This document shows positions 38,801 through 49,289 of a stretch of 64,000 nucleotides of DNA, piece after piece. Each line of letters begins with the position of its first letter. The stretch's first letter is position 1. The notes under the pieces were generated by a model, which did not search any database, had not been told where the DNA came from, and saw nothing but the letters and a program-made list of their open reading frames with translations. The stretch is from Haliotis cracherodii (lineage: Eukaryota): contig NW_027266275.1 in NCBI RefSeq assembly GCF_022045235.1, positions 28,148,001 to 28,212,000 on the forward strand. Reading direction: 5' to 3'. Position numbers and translations under genes: made by a program.

Positions 38801-41800
38801 TGGTCCATAGGAAAAGCTTAGAAGGGACATAACTCGTAATAACCACTGGTGGCGCTACAATCGAGCAAGGGTGGAAACTGGACTTTTAAAGTCAGTTAAC
38901 TCACTTGCCTTGGGAAGATGGTATTCAATTGACCAGAAAAAGGTATTTTCACAGAAATTTTTGGTGAATCCTTAGACTTTTTGTTCTTTTAAAGGTAAAT
39001 CTTTTTTCTGTGTTGGCTTTTTGCACAGAATGAACACTTGAGTAAATGACTACACATGTAAGAGTTTATTAATGTGTTGAGAGTGATGTAGACTAACCAG
39101 GAAGTTATGTGTACTCTAGGAGATGACAGTGAAGGGTTTGGAGCCAGAGATCCAACGTCTCATCGCCAAACACAAAGCAGAAATAAAGAAGATAAAACAG
39201 CTCCAGGAGGGTGACATCCTTGAGTCTGACGAGCGGGCTTCACATCGCTATGTGAAGATGATGGAGGAACTGCGTGAACAACTGGAGCAGGAGAAGGAAG
39301 CAGCATGCAACAGGGAGAGGCAGATGGCCAAGGAGAGGTACGCTTAGTTAAACCTGGAGTCAAACATAGCCATGTATAGAAGTGGTAGTATTTTTTCACT
39401 CAGCTTCACTTGTGTTATCCTCTTGATGGGTTCATAAAGACATGAAGAGTCCATGAATCTAGATTCTGTCTTGAAAATGCTTTGAAAAGGGATAATGTCA
39501 TGTGTAGGCATCTGTATGTCCTGTGTAGGCTTGTATGTCCCATGTAGGCATGTATGTCCTTTGTAGGCATCTGTCATGTGTAGGCATCTTTGTTATGTGT
39601 AGGCACATATGTCATATGCAGGCATATATGTCACGTGTAAGCATCTATGTTATGTGTAGGCACCTGTGTCATATGTGGGCATATATGTCATGTGTAGGCA
39701 TCTGTGTCATGTGTAGGTATATATGTCATGTGTAGGCATTTATGTCATGTGTAGGCATCTTCCATGTGTAGGCATCTATGCCATGTGTAGGCATCTATGT
39801 CCTTTGTAGGCATCATTTTTTAGGTATTTATGCCATGTGTAGGCATCTACTTGTAGTCATCTATGTCCTGTGTAGGCTTCTATGTCATGTGTGGGAATCC
39901 ATGTTGTGTAGGGATCTATGTCATGTGTAGGCACCTATGGCATGTGTAGGCATATATGGCATGTGTAGGCTTCTGTCATGTGTAGGCATCTATGTGTAGG
40001 CATCTCTGTCATGTGTAGGTATCTATGTGTAGGCATCTCTGTCATGTGTAGGCATCTATGTCATGTGTAGGCATCTATGTCATGTGTAGGCATCAATGTC
40101 GTGTAGGCTTCTATGTCATGTGAAGACATCCACATGTAGGCATCCATGTTGTGTAGGTATCTATGTAATGTGTAGGCATCCACATGTAGGCATCCATGTC
40201 ATGTAGGTATCCATGTCATGTAGGTATCTATGTCATGTGTAGGCATCCACATGTAGGTATCACTGTCATGTGTAGGCATCCACATGTAGGCATCCATGTC
40301 GTGTAGGCATCTATATCATGTGTAGACATTTATGTGTGTAGGTATGAGAAGCAGTTGCAGCAGGAGGAGGAGTCGTACCAGCAGCAACGGCGACGGCTCC
40401 ATGCCGAGGTACAGGAGGAGAAGGAGAGGCTGTCCCAGCACGCCTCCCGGCAACGCACTGAAGTGGACAAGCTGCAGAGACAGCTGGAGGACAGCCACAA
40501 GATGGCGCTTGATGCCATGAAGTCAGAGTTTGAAAAGGCTCGAGAAGAACAGGACAGGCGACATGCTGTAAGTAACACTACTAGCAAGGCATTCTATCTA
40601 GAGCAATACAAGGACAACTGTCTATGGATAAACAAGTTCATTAATAGAGCAAAGTGAAGTATGATCAACCATCAAAACCATACTTCACCTTAATGTACAT
40701 CACTTGCTTGTTAAAGATGTTTGGATATTATTCACCTTAACATTGCCTCAAAGGTCATAAAGAAGTTGTTTATCTCATCACACCAACTTGTAAATGTTAC
40801 TCAAAGATGTTGTAGCTATAATGTACATTTTCATTATAACCTGTCTATTCTACTCCTTTAGTGTAAATGTAGAACATGTCAGATTTTATCTGACCTCGAC
40901 CAAAGGTCATGACTCTCAACATAAAGTTTATGGAGTTTTAAGCTCTCCAGGGTGTGATTGTATAAAACAATCTTAGCGCTTAGGTGATCGTAACTCCCAT
41001 ACCTTTAACATAGACTTACGACAATCACAGTGCTAAGGTTGTGTTGTACAATGGCACCCTGCACTCTATTGTTGCCAGAATTTATTGCTATGCAAAATGA
41101 TTTCTATGATTTTTGATTACTATCCATTTATCTATCTATGACTGACAGCTCTTTTAGAATTGTCTCATTTACATATTTAATCTTTTTGCAACATAACTCA
41201 TACACATGATATAAGGTTACCACCTGACTTGAAGTCTTACACAAAATATGATATACATCCCATGGAATTGTCCCTGGCACCTGCTTGGAGTACCTTCTGG
41301 TTTCTTGACAAACCTGTAGGGATTCCAGGGAAGAATATAGCTCCCCAGCAACCTATGTTGTTGCTGTTGTAAGCGGCTCCTAAAGGGGTGGACAGTCTCG
41401 GTGGCTTGGTTGATGGTGTGTCTTTGTTGACATCGTATCCCAATTGCGTGGATCAATGCTGATAGAGGCAATCACTAGTATGCTGGAATATGGTGCTTCA
41501 TTAAATAACAATCAATCATGAATTTATCTCCTTGTCAAATTACATTTGTATCACAGGTCCCCATTACCATGAGGCCAAATTAATGGATAGTACTTCAAGT
41601 TAATGGATAGTTCTTCAAATTAATGGATAGTACTTCAAAGTAATGGATAGTACTTCAAAGTAATGGATAGTACTTCAAGTTAATGGATAGTACCTCAAAT
41701 TAATGGATAGTACTTCAAATTAATGGATAGTACTTCAAAGTAATGGATAGTACTTCAAATTAATGGATAGTACCTCAAATTAATGGATAGTACTTCAAAT

Positions 41801-44800
41801 TAATGGATAGTACTTCACCAAATGACGACAAAGTAGGACCATCTCAGTGCAATGGCATCATACACCATTGATGCTCTCCTGCCCCAGGCCCCGTGGTTGT
41901 AGCTGCGATGTAACTGAACTCCATGCAAGTACAAGAGATAGTAGTGTTGATAAATATTATTCCTTCTGCAGATTGAGGTCCGTGAGCTGAATGAACGTTT
42001 GCGTGTTGAGAAAGAGGCATGGGAGGAGAACTACATGAAGAAACAAGAGACGTGGCTGACTCAGAAGGAGCGGGAACTCAAGTCCCATGTGCGGAGAGAC
42101 CGGGACAAGGAGATAGAGCTGGTTATACAGCGGCTGGAAGAGGATGCCACACGGTCTAGGGACGAGTGTGAGCGAGCTGCAGAAAACAGAATCAAGTAAG
42201 TGATTGCTACTTTCTATCATGGTGAAGATTGACGTTGTCACATACAGACATCAAGAATAAACATCTAAGGTTCCTCTTCCTGTCAATTTTTCTAGTTTCT
42301 AGTTTATTTAGTTTTTACTAAATATGTTATAGTTTATTCACTGTACATTGATTATGCTAAAAAGAACTCTAAAAAGAACAATATTTTAATAATGAATTCA
42401 ATCCTTCTTTAAATAGAACATAAATATGCCACAAAAATGCACAGTACACCAGTGGCAACTCCCACTATTCATGATCAACATAACTGTTGCATGACATCAC
42501 AATGGCTGGTAATGATGTCATAATCAGTGTAACTTCATTCTCCCTGATGATACCAATGAAACATGTCGTTGAAAGTACTCAGCATTGTGTTTTGTTTATA
42601 TATGTACTACTTTACAAACCTCCCTGAAGACATTGGGTTTTGTGTACACTTTGTTGGTGATGCAGTTACATATCGCTTTCTGTTTCCTGTAGACGAATGC
42701 GGGACAAGTTCAATAATGAAATGAAGGAGCTCGAGAGTTCCGAGAGGCATGCAGTACAGAAGTACAATGAGATGAAGGTAAGATGCGCATGATGCCACAA
42801 GGTGTCACAACAGTACGTTATGTTAACACTGAATCAGTCTCTGACATTCAACAAAGGACATGCTACTTTGTCATGAAGGGACCAAGGACAAGGGACGTGG
42901 ATATGTAAGAGACATACATTTCATGTTGAAGTAAAAGAAAATATTTAAGAATTCCTGGCAACACAGCAGTGCATAGATACAACTAAGAGTATATTACCAA
43001 AGCAAGTCTATTCACAGGTAAAGTAAAAGCATGCATTTGAAAACCATATTTTACCATTTTATGTCCTGGCCTGTTTGTCTAACATCCATCATGTGTCGTG
43101 GGCATCTGGCATTAGCATCATCTCCACAGATACCAATGTACCAATGAAGATGAAACTTTGTATACTTGTTCCAACTGATATGGACACCCTAATTTGTTTA
43201 TGAAATTTGAATCCAATTTTCAATATTGGCCCTTTTGTTCAAGAGGTGCAAATCAGATATACAACATGGCTGCCACAACAGCCATAGTGAAAATCCTATT
43301 TGTGGTAAAACTAAAGTGAAATGTGGTATATGTTTAGTTAGTAATAGATAGGGCTCAACACATGTTCCCATTTTTCAAAATTTAAACTTTGGACCTTGTT
43401 TGGACTTACATTCTGTACATGGTCATTTCTTTTCACTGTAACCATCATCTTCTCAGAAACCACTGGACCAATGAAGCTGAAACGTCACAGCTTGTTTCCA
43501 CCACTGATGACGCCTGAACTGAGGTTCAAATGTGATTTTTTTACATGGCCACTACAGCCATTTTTATGAACTTATAAGACAGTTACTCAGCCATGTCAAA
43601 AATGTATATGTTTAGCTTGTAGTGGGACTTAATATATCTGTTCCACATTTTGCTATAATGTATATTTTGACCTTGTCTTGACCTTTGTGTTTTTATTATT
43701 TTCTTAAAACATGAGGCCAAATAGACTTCCTATCTGAAATTAGTTGTCCTGAGTAATTATTTGAATATCAATGCTGACAACTTTTCTTAAGTGTCTGTCT
43801 TTGTTGACATTTTCTCTATTTCCTGCAGATCCAGGTGAGCTACACTTCCCAGACACTATTTTATGTCTCCTTTAGTGCCAAGAATAGAAGATTCATCTAA
43901 CAGAGATGAGGATTGTGTTTCTGTGTTGTAGGCTCAGCTGACGGAGATCGAAGGTGAATGTGAAAGGTTGAAGGTCATTGTTAGACAGAAGGATCAGGAA
44001 GTCCTGGATATAAAGAAGGTAAAGCAAGGAAACCTGTGTCATACTTTCCCCATCTCATAAGATTTGTTTACCCAGGCCTCGTATTTGTATGTTATTTGCT
44101 TTACCTAACATTTACCTGCAATATATCTTGCATGAGAACTGTCCCTCCAAATACTTTGAAGCAATGCCTGGCAAACATATTCTATTGTTTGAATTGTTTG
44201 ATAGGCATTACTTAGAAGTTGACGGATGACAAGATAGACACAATTTTTTATGGATAACAACTTCTTTAATACTGTAAAAGGCGACGTTTTCGGTATAGAT
44301 CCTTATACCGTTGTCAAGCAAGACTTAGGAAAAACAGCCGACTCCTTCATCTCTGACTCCACGGACTTCTGCTCCAAACTCAAGAACATCACCAATCCAG
44401 ATCAAATCATCAGTTACGATGTAGTAGACCTTTTCACCAACGTACCCATAGATGACACTCTGCAAATTCTCCGCCGTCGCATCACTGAAACCCCTCCTGA
44501 AACCAGCCTAACCACCGAATCCATCATCGCCCTCACCACCGCCTGTATCTCCACCACATACTTCACCTGGGGCGACGAGTATTATCAGTCTTGCTTGACA
44601 ACGGTATAAGGATCTATACCGAAACGTCGCCTTTTACAGTATTAAAGAAGTTGTTATCCATAAAAAATTGTGTCTATCTTGTCTATATTCTCTGATGCTG
44701 TGTGTTGCAGCTGACAGACAGGCTCCATGAGGAACGCAGCCATGTATCAGATATCATTCGCCAGGAGTTTGCCGACCGCATTGTAACCACAGAGGAAGAA

Positions 44801-47435
44801 AACAAAAGGTTGAAAAATGAAATGTCAGAATTGAGAGCAAAACACCGAATTGAAATCGAGAGGGGGAAGAGCGACATCGAAGAAATCAAAAGACAAAAAG
44901 ATGATGAGATGGAGGAGGTACACAAGAGGTATAGAATCTCTGATTATGCATATTCATGTAATCAACAGTACAATGGTATTGAGCTGGGACGAGTCCAAAT
45001 TTATGACCCAGGTACTTGACCCCGTATTACACGACCCTACCCGTGGCCCTACTGTAGGTCTCAAGAGTTGGGTACTTAATATCCGATTTGGAATTGTTTT
45101 ACCGCAGCCCTGGCAAATGCTATTTAGATACATGTATAAAACAATCAGATCATGCATACACTGAAGTCGACTGAAGCTATATCTTTACTCAAACATGTAA
45201 ACGTCGGAAAGAATGTGTGCATAGGCAGAAAGAAATGCAAACATAAGCGACTTTTATCATGATTGTATTTAAACAACATATTACATAACTAACCATGGGT
45301 CTGGGTAGTCCTGTGGGTACCGAGGTCCCAACCCCAGTACACAAGTCACTCGTCCAGCCCTACAAAGGTATAATACACTAATGGTAGTTACCGGTAGTCT
45401 GAAGTTCATTGAGGAAGAAGATATGATTTTAATTCCAAATACTTAATTGTTGTACACCATGTTCCAAGGTCTCAGTATTTCATCTGGTCAGTAAAGGGGC
45501 AAGAATGTATGTGTATTATCAATGCATGTCAGCATATTTTGTGAGCAAAGGCAAAAGTGACATAGATTGTAGAGGTTACCACTTTCATGAAACCATTATC
45601 TGTGTGGTTGTAAATTTACAATATTGATGCTGCTGTAATGGTTGATATTGTGTTGTGAGGGTGCTGTAATGGTTGATGTGTGTGTTGTCATGGTGCAGTA
45701 ATGGTTGATGTTTGTGTTGTGAGGGTGCTGTAATGGTTGATGTGTGTGTTGTGAGGGTGCTGTGATGGTTGTCTTGTGAGGGTGTTGTAGTGGTTGATGG
45801 TTGTGATGTCAGGGTGCTGTAGTGGTTGATGGTTGTGTTGTTAGGGTACTGTAGTGGTTGATGGTTGTGTTGTCAGGGTGCTGTAGTGGTTGGTGGTTGT
45901 GATGTCAGGGTGCTGTAGTGGTTGATGGTTGTGTTGTTAGGGTGCTGTAGTGGTTGATGTGTGTGTTATCAGGGTGCTTTAATGGCGGATGTTTGTGTTG
46001 TCAGGGTGCTGTAGTGGCTGATGGTTGTGTTGTTAGGGTGCTGTAATGGTTGATGTGTGTGTGTTGTCGGGTGCTGTAATGGTTGATGGTTGTGTTATCA
46101 GGGTGCTTTAATGGCGAATGTTTGTGTTGTCAGGGTGTTGTAGTGGCGGATGTTTGTGTTGTCAGGGTGTTGTAGTGGCTGATGGTTGTGATGTCAGGGT
46201 GCTGTAGTGGTTGTTGGTTGTGTTGTTAGGGTACTGTTGTGGTTGATGGTTGTGTTGTCAGGGTGCTGTAGTGGTTGGTGGTTGTGATGTCAGGGTGCTG
46301 TAGTGGTTGATGGTTGTGTTGTGAGGGTGCTGTAATGGTTGATGTGTGTGTGTTGTCGGGTGCTGTAATGGTTGATGGTTGTGTTATCAGGGTGCTTTAA
46401 TGGCGAATGTTTGTGTTGTCAGGGTGCTGTAATGGCTGACGGTTGTGTTGTCAGGGTGCTGTAATGGTTTTGTTGTCAGGGTGCTGTAATGGTTGATGGT
46501 TGTGTTATCAGGGTGATGTAATGGCTGATGGTTGTGTTATCAGGGTGTTGTAATGGCTGATAATTGTGTTGTCAGGGTGCTGTAGTGGTTGATGTTTGTC
46601 TTGTCAGGGTGCTGTAATGGTTGATGGTTGTGTTGTCAGGGTGCTGTAATGACTGGTGGTTGTGTTGTCAGGGTGCTGTAGTGGTTGATGGTTGTGTTGT
46701 CAGGGTTCTGTAATGGTTGATGTTTGTGTTGTCAGGGTGCTTTGATGGTTGATGTGTGTGTTGTCAGGGTGCTGTGATGGTTGTGGTGTCAGGGTGTTGT
46801 AATGGTTGATGGTTGTGTTATCAGGGTGCTGTAATGGCTGATGTTTGTGTTGTCAGGGTGCTGTAATGGTTGATGGTTGAGTTGGCAGGTGCTGTAATGG
46901 TTGATGGTTGTGTTGTCAGGGTGCTGTGATGGTTGTGGTGTCAAGGTGCTGTAATGGTTGATTGTTGTGGTGTCAGGGTGCTGTAGTGGTTGATGGTTGT
47001 AATGTCAGGGTGCTGTAGTGGTTGATGGTTGTGTTGTCGGGTGCTGTAATGGTTGATGGTTGAGTTGGCAGGTGCTGTAATGGTTGATGGTTGTGTTGTC
47101 AGGGTGCTGTAATGGTTGATGTGTGTGTTGTCGGGTGCTGTAATGGTTGATGGTTGAGTTGTCAGGGTGCTGTAATGGTTGATGGTTGTGTTGTCAGAAT
47201 GCTGTAATGGTTGATGGTTGTGTTGTCAGTGTGCTGTAATGGTTGATGGTTGTGTTGTCAGTGTGCTGTAATGGTTGATGGTTGTGTTGTCAGGGTGAAG
47301 CAGGCCATCGTGAAGAAAGAGGAGGTGGTGAACCAGCTACGTCAGCAGTACCAGGCTGCCACCAAACGTGCAGACCACCTGGAGGGGCTCCTCAACCAAC
47401 AGCGGAAACAGCTCCTGGGGAAGAAAGCTACATAG
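26690..47435 (+). CDS. CEP131: Centrosomal protein of 131 kDa (AZI1), about 1150 aa. Exons: 26690-26827, 28566-28623, 29764-29866, 30417-30540, 31295-31981, 32795-33058, 34079-34256, 34677-34867, 35208-35387, 36223-36348, 37766-37872, 38093-38189, 39120-39337, 40342-40567, 41972-42195, 42693-42777, 43932-44018, 44711-44928, 47294-47435
   Basis: N-terminal DLSLTG..RRPGS, DFLALFE, IQ motif (LNTAALKIQRWFRRH), RHLGFIDQLIDDKK, EKLRREKWIEEKTKKIKEMTVKGLEPEIQ, RDKEIELVIQRLE, and C-terminal KRADHLEGLL match recalled CEP131. Phases are consistent (3453 nt). Confidence 0.95.
28566..28623 (+). CDS. CEP131: CEP131 exon (TSSNDVFLSDRDKRKSPR)
   Basis: Phase 0-1 bridge, AG/GTAA bounded. Confidence 0.7.
28870..29755 (+). 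repeat. Minisatellite, about 39-bp unit
   Basis: GGTATGTTGTGGATGTGGCAGACTTGGGTAGCTGTCATT. Confidence 0.95.
29764..29866 (+). CDS. CEP131: CEP131 exon (GPPAPVSG...KEPNV)
   Basis: TTTCAG/GTGAGT bounded, phase 1-2. Confidence 0.75.
30417..30540 (+). CDS. CEP131: CEP131 exon (KDDFLALFE...AWEQQ)
   Basis: DFLxLFE motif, AG/GTGAG bounded. Confidence 0.85.
30868..31115 (+). repeat. Degenerate minisatellite, about 40-bp unit
   Basis: CTGGTATTCACATAGCAGTGTCATAGG... repeated. Confidence 0.75.
31295..31981 (+). CDS. CEP131: CEP131 large exon with IQ motif
   Basis: 229 open codons including IQRWFRRH and EEKARQARLQAIQ. Confidence 0.9.
32795..33058 (+). CDS. CEP131: CEP131 exon (ELQKKRSEK...EDMFQ)
   Basis: AG/GTAAG bounded, phase 0-0. 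Confidence 0.88.
33488..33650 (+). mobile_element. Short tRNA-derived SINE with (ACTC)n tail. Partial or related copies at about 32302-32432, 32610-32775, 33310-33480, 38248-38341, 56790-56912, 62215-62300, 63935-63990
   Basis: A box TAGCCTAGTGG, B box GGTTCGATTCCC, tail AAAGCGGCGTAAAACCATACTCACTC; TSD CACACTCACAT. Confidence 0.88.
34079..34256 (+). CDS. CEP131: CEP131 exon (...TLNDLFDTLKKLEEEE...)
   Basis: Conserved motif, AG/GTAAGT bounded. Confidence 0.88.
34677..34867 (+). CDS. CEP131: CEP131 exon (LTAENLEK...KLKSIMTFLDEV)
   Basis: Conserved motif, phase 1-0. Confidence 0.88.
35208..35387 (+). CDS. CEP131: CEP131 exon (EINK...LELDEKRRTVTMLQKAL)
   Basis: Coiled coil, AG/GT bounded. Confidence 0.9.
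35528..36205 (+). repeat. Minisatellite, 36-bp unit
   Basis: ATACCACTGACTGACTGGTGTAGACAGCAGTGTAAG. Confidence 0.95.
36223..36348 (+). CDS. CEP131: CEP131 exon (NQQRELT...RHLGFIDQ)
   Basis: Conserved peptide. Confidence 0.92.
36615..37740 (+). repeat. Minisatellite, about 50-bp unit
   Basis: GGGTTTCTGTGTCTGTATGTGTTCTGACACCTTGGTTGGGTCATGTCAG. Confidence 0.95.
37766..37872 (+). CDS. CEP131: CEP131 exon (LIDDKKTLSERCE...)
   Basis: Conserved peptide. Confidence 0.92.
38093..38189 (+). CDS. CEP131: CEP131 exon (...EKLRREKWIEEKTKKIK)
   Basis: Conserved peptide. Confidence 0.93.
38400..38920. mobile_element. MITE with about 57-bp TIRs and a 9-bp TSD
   Basis: CATCTTCCC...CCCTTGCT / AGCAAGGG...GGGAAGATG; flanks GTAATCAAT and GTATTCAAT. 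Confidence 0.85.
39120..39337 (+). CDS. CEP131: CEP131 exon (EMTVKGLEPEIQRLIAKHK...)
   Basis: Conserved peptide. Confidence 0.94.
39495..40341 (+). repeat. Minisatellite, about 19-bp unit
   Basis: ATGTCATGTGTAGGCATCT. Confidence 0.95.
40342..40567 (+). CDS. CEP131: CEP131 exon (YEKQLQQEE...QQQRRRLHAEV...)
   Basis: Conserved coiled coil. Confidence 0.92.
40948..41061. mobile_element. Short palindromic MITE (related copy at about 3417-3520)
   Basis: CAGGGTG...CACCCTG fold-back; shares the AACTCCC..AACATAGACTTA core with 3417-3520. Confidence 0.6.
41577..41817 (+). repeat. Tandem repeat, 20-bp unit, 12 copies
   Basis: TAATGGATAGTACTTCAAAT. Confidence 0.97.
41972..42195 (+). CDS. CEP131: CEP131 exon (EKEAWEENY...RDKEIELVIQRLE)
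   Basis: Conserved peptide. Confidence 0.93.
42693..42777 (+). CDS. CEP131: CEP131 exon (RMRDKFNNEMKELESSER...)
   Basis: Phase 2-0, AG/GTAAG bounded. Confidence 0.9.
43932..44018 (+). CDS. CEP131: CEP131 exon (AQLTEIEGECERL...)
   Basis: Phase 0-0, coiled coil. Confidence 0.88.
44228..44683 (+). mobile_element. Penelope-like retroelement fragment: RT piece between inverted 98-bp terminal (pLTR-like) repeats
   Basis: Arms 44228-44325 and 44587-44683 are reverse complements (one 1-nt indel); the core encodes IISYDVVDLFTNVP..TYFTW...YYQ (PLE-type RT). Confidence 0.85.
44593..44630 (+). ncRNA. Minimal hammerhead-ribozyme-like motif (variant core)
   Basis: UUGACAA-C-[GGUAUA/UAUACC stem II]-GAAAC-GUC; mirror copy on the minus strand at about 44281-44319. 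Confidence 0.55.
44711..44928 (+). CDS. CEP131: CEP131 exon (LTDRL...IIRQEFADR...EEVHKR)
   Basis: Conserved peptide. Confidence 0.93.
44979..45362. mobile_element. hAT-like MITE
   Basis: Degenerate TIR (TAGGGCTGGACGAGT-like); 8-bp flanks CAATGGTA and CAAAGGTA. Confidence 0.65.
45630..47297 (+). repeat. Minisatellite, 32-bp unit, about 50 copies
   Basis: CAGGGTGCTGTAATGGTTGATGGTTGTGTTGT. Confidence 0.97.
47294..47435 (+). CDS. CEP131: CEP131 last coding exon (VKQAIVKKEE...KRADHLEGLL...KKAT*)
   Basis: Conserved C-terminus, TAG stop. Confidence 0.92.
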
Positions 47436-48816
47436 TACCCTCAAGGCATCAATGTCCTCATGCGTAGACGTCACAGTATGGCTAGTTTTATCTCACCTTG
47501 ACACCATCAAAGTGGGCGCTTTTTATGGGTCGTTGTCTGTTGTCCATCCACCATTCTGTCTTTAGCACTGGACTTGAAATAGTTTCTTCTCCTCATCTGC
47601 TAACATGTAAATATGCTTTTCGCATCATATGTTCTAAATGTTCAAGACTACATGTGGGATGTTTATCTCCCCAGTAGCCATTGGAGATACTCCAGTCTTC
47701 AGGGGATGTTCATTAGATTCTTCCTGACAATGAAATAAGGTTTAAGATTTATTAATTCAAAACGATTCATAGCATTTACAAAAAATAAGGTGTGTAGAAT
47801 AAGTTGAACATCAAATTATATCTACCACATGTTCACTGAACTTTAAGAACTTTTAAGCAGAATTATGTTCCGTGACAAATAGTTAGAAATCTATCAAACA
47901 ATGAATGGTCGGATGTCCAACTTTTTATAGAGCATTATGTCATTCAAACTGGACCAATTGTCATGATATTTTTCATGTTCCTATAGACCAGGAAACCTTT
48001 TCAGATCATCTGAATAATCCTAGTACAATGCCAAACTTGATAAGTATTACATGGCTATTTTTACAGGATTTTTAAAAAAAGAAACCTACAGCTAAAATCG
48101 TATTGCTAAACTGGAACCTCATTACTGAACATCATGCTACTCACATTATCACTGCTGAGGTTTTATGTCATTTAATAAAGGTGAGCTTCTGTACCTCTGG
48201 CACTCTGTGTATTTATCACTCACATCTATCTGCTTCAGTTACATTGTTGTTCTATTTATATGTTTGGTAGTAAGTGCCCATGAAGTCCTGATGTGTATTT
48301 TTTGTTATTACTTATTACAAGCTTCAGAGCTTGTATGTAAATAGTATTTTATGTTTGAATGTTTTTTACTATTACAAAAGTATTTATTTAATACAAAACA
48401 AGAAATATATCTTTGATTATTTGTCACATACTGTTTTAGTAGTACACCCCCACATTAAGTCATAGCAAAAAAAGTATATTTGAAATATTATGACAACAGT
48501 AACACACTTAATAACACTAAAGAAAAATAAGCCGTCCACCAATATTTTCATTGCCTAAGAATCCATTGTTTTGTACTGTTTCAGTGTAACAAAGTTACCA
48601 TTCATATTGATTGATTTCTGTGAGATACATCTTGTTAATGTTATGGTACTTGTGAAAGTTTTGAGTTACATATCAATTATTTGTGATTATTTGTTAGTGC
48701 TGCTGTTGAATGAGATAAGGTGCTCAGTGTACAAACTGTCACAACCCCTTGTGGTATATCTTGAGTCCAATACTGTAATCATTATGCTTTTGTCGTGACT
48801 CTTGTAATGCCGTTAA

Positions 48817-49062
48817 GATATGGTGTAGAATAGGTCTTCAGCAACCCATGCTTGCCGTAAAGACGACTATGCTTGTCGTAAGAGATAACAGGATCAGGTG
48901 GTCAGACTCGGTTGATGCATGTCATCGTATCCCAATTGCGTGGATCTGTGCTCATGATGTCAATCCCTGGATTGATTGTCTGGTCCAGATTTGATTATTT
49001 ACAGACCACCATCATATAGCTGGAATATTGCGGAGTGCAGTATTAAACAACAAACAAATAAA
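48817..49062 (+). mobile_element. SINE-like copy (family of 60587-60846)
   Basis: Sequence similarity; (AAAC)n tail. Confidence 0.78.
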
Positions 49063-49289
49063 TCATGTATTGTCATGACTCTAATGTTGTGTTGTGATGC
49101 TGGTAATGTCACATTAAACTCTGGAGTTGTGTCATGACCCGTATTGTGACATCCGGCATAAAACTAGCGTTCTGGTCATGTGTCTAGTGTTGACATGCTG
49201 CTGTGTCATGATGTGTAATGTTGCATCGCTCTAGTGTTGTGGTATGTCTCTAGTTTCATACTGTATGAGTGTTGAGTCATACAGTCAAT

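Noticed and set aside
41577-41817. Regular 20-bp array resembling CRISPR
   Set aside because: Units are head-to-tail with no unique spacers, there are no cas genes, and it lies in a eukaryotic intron.
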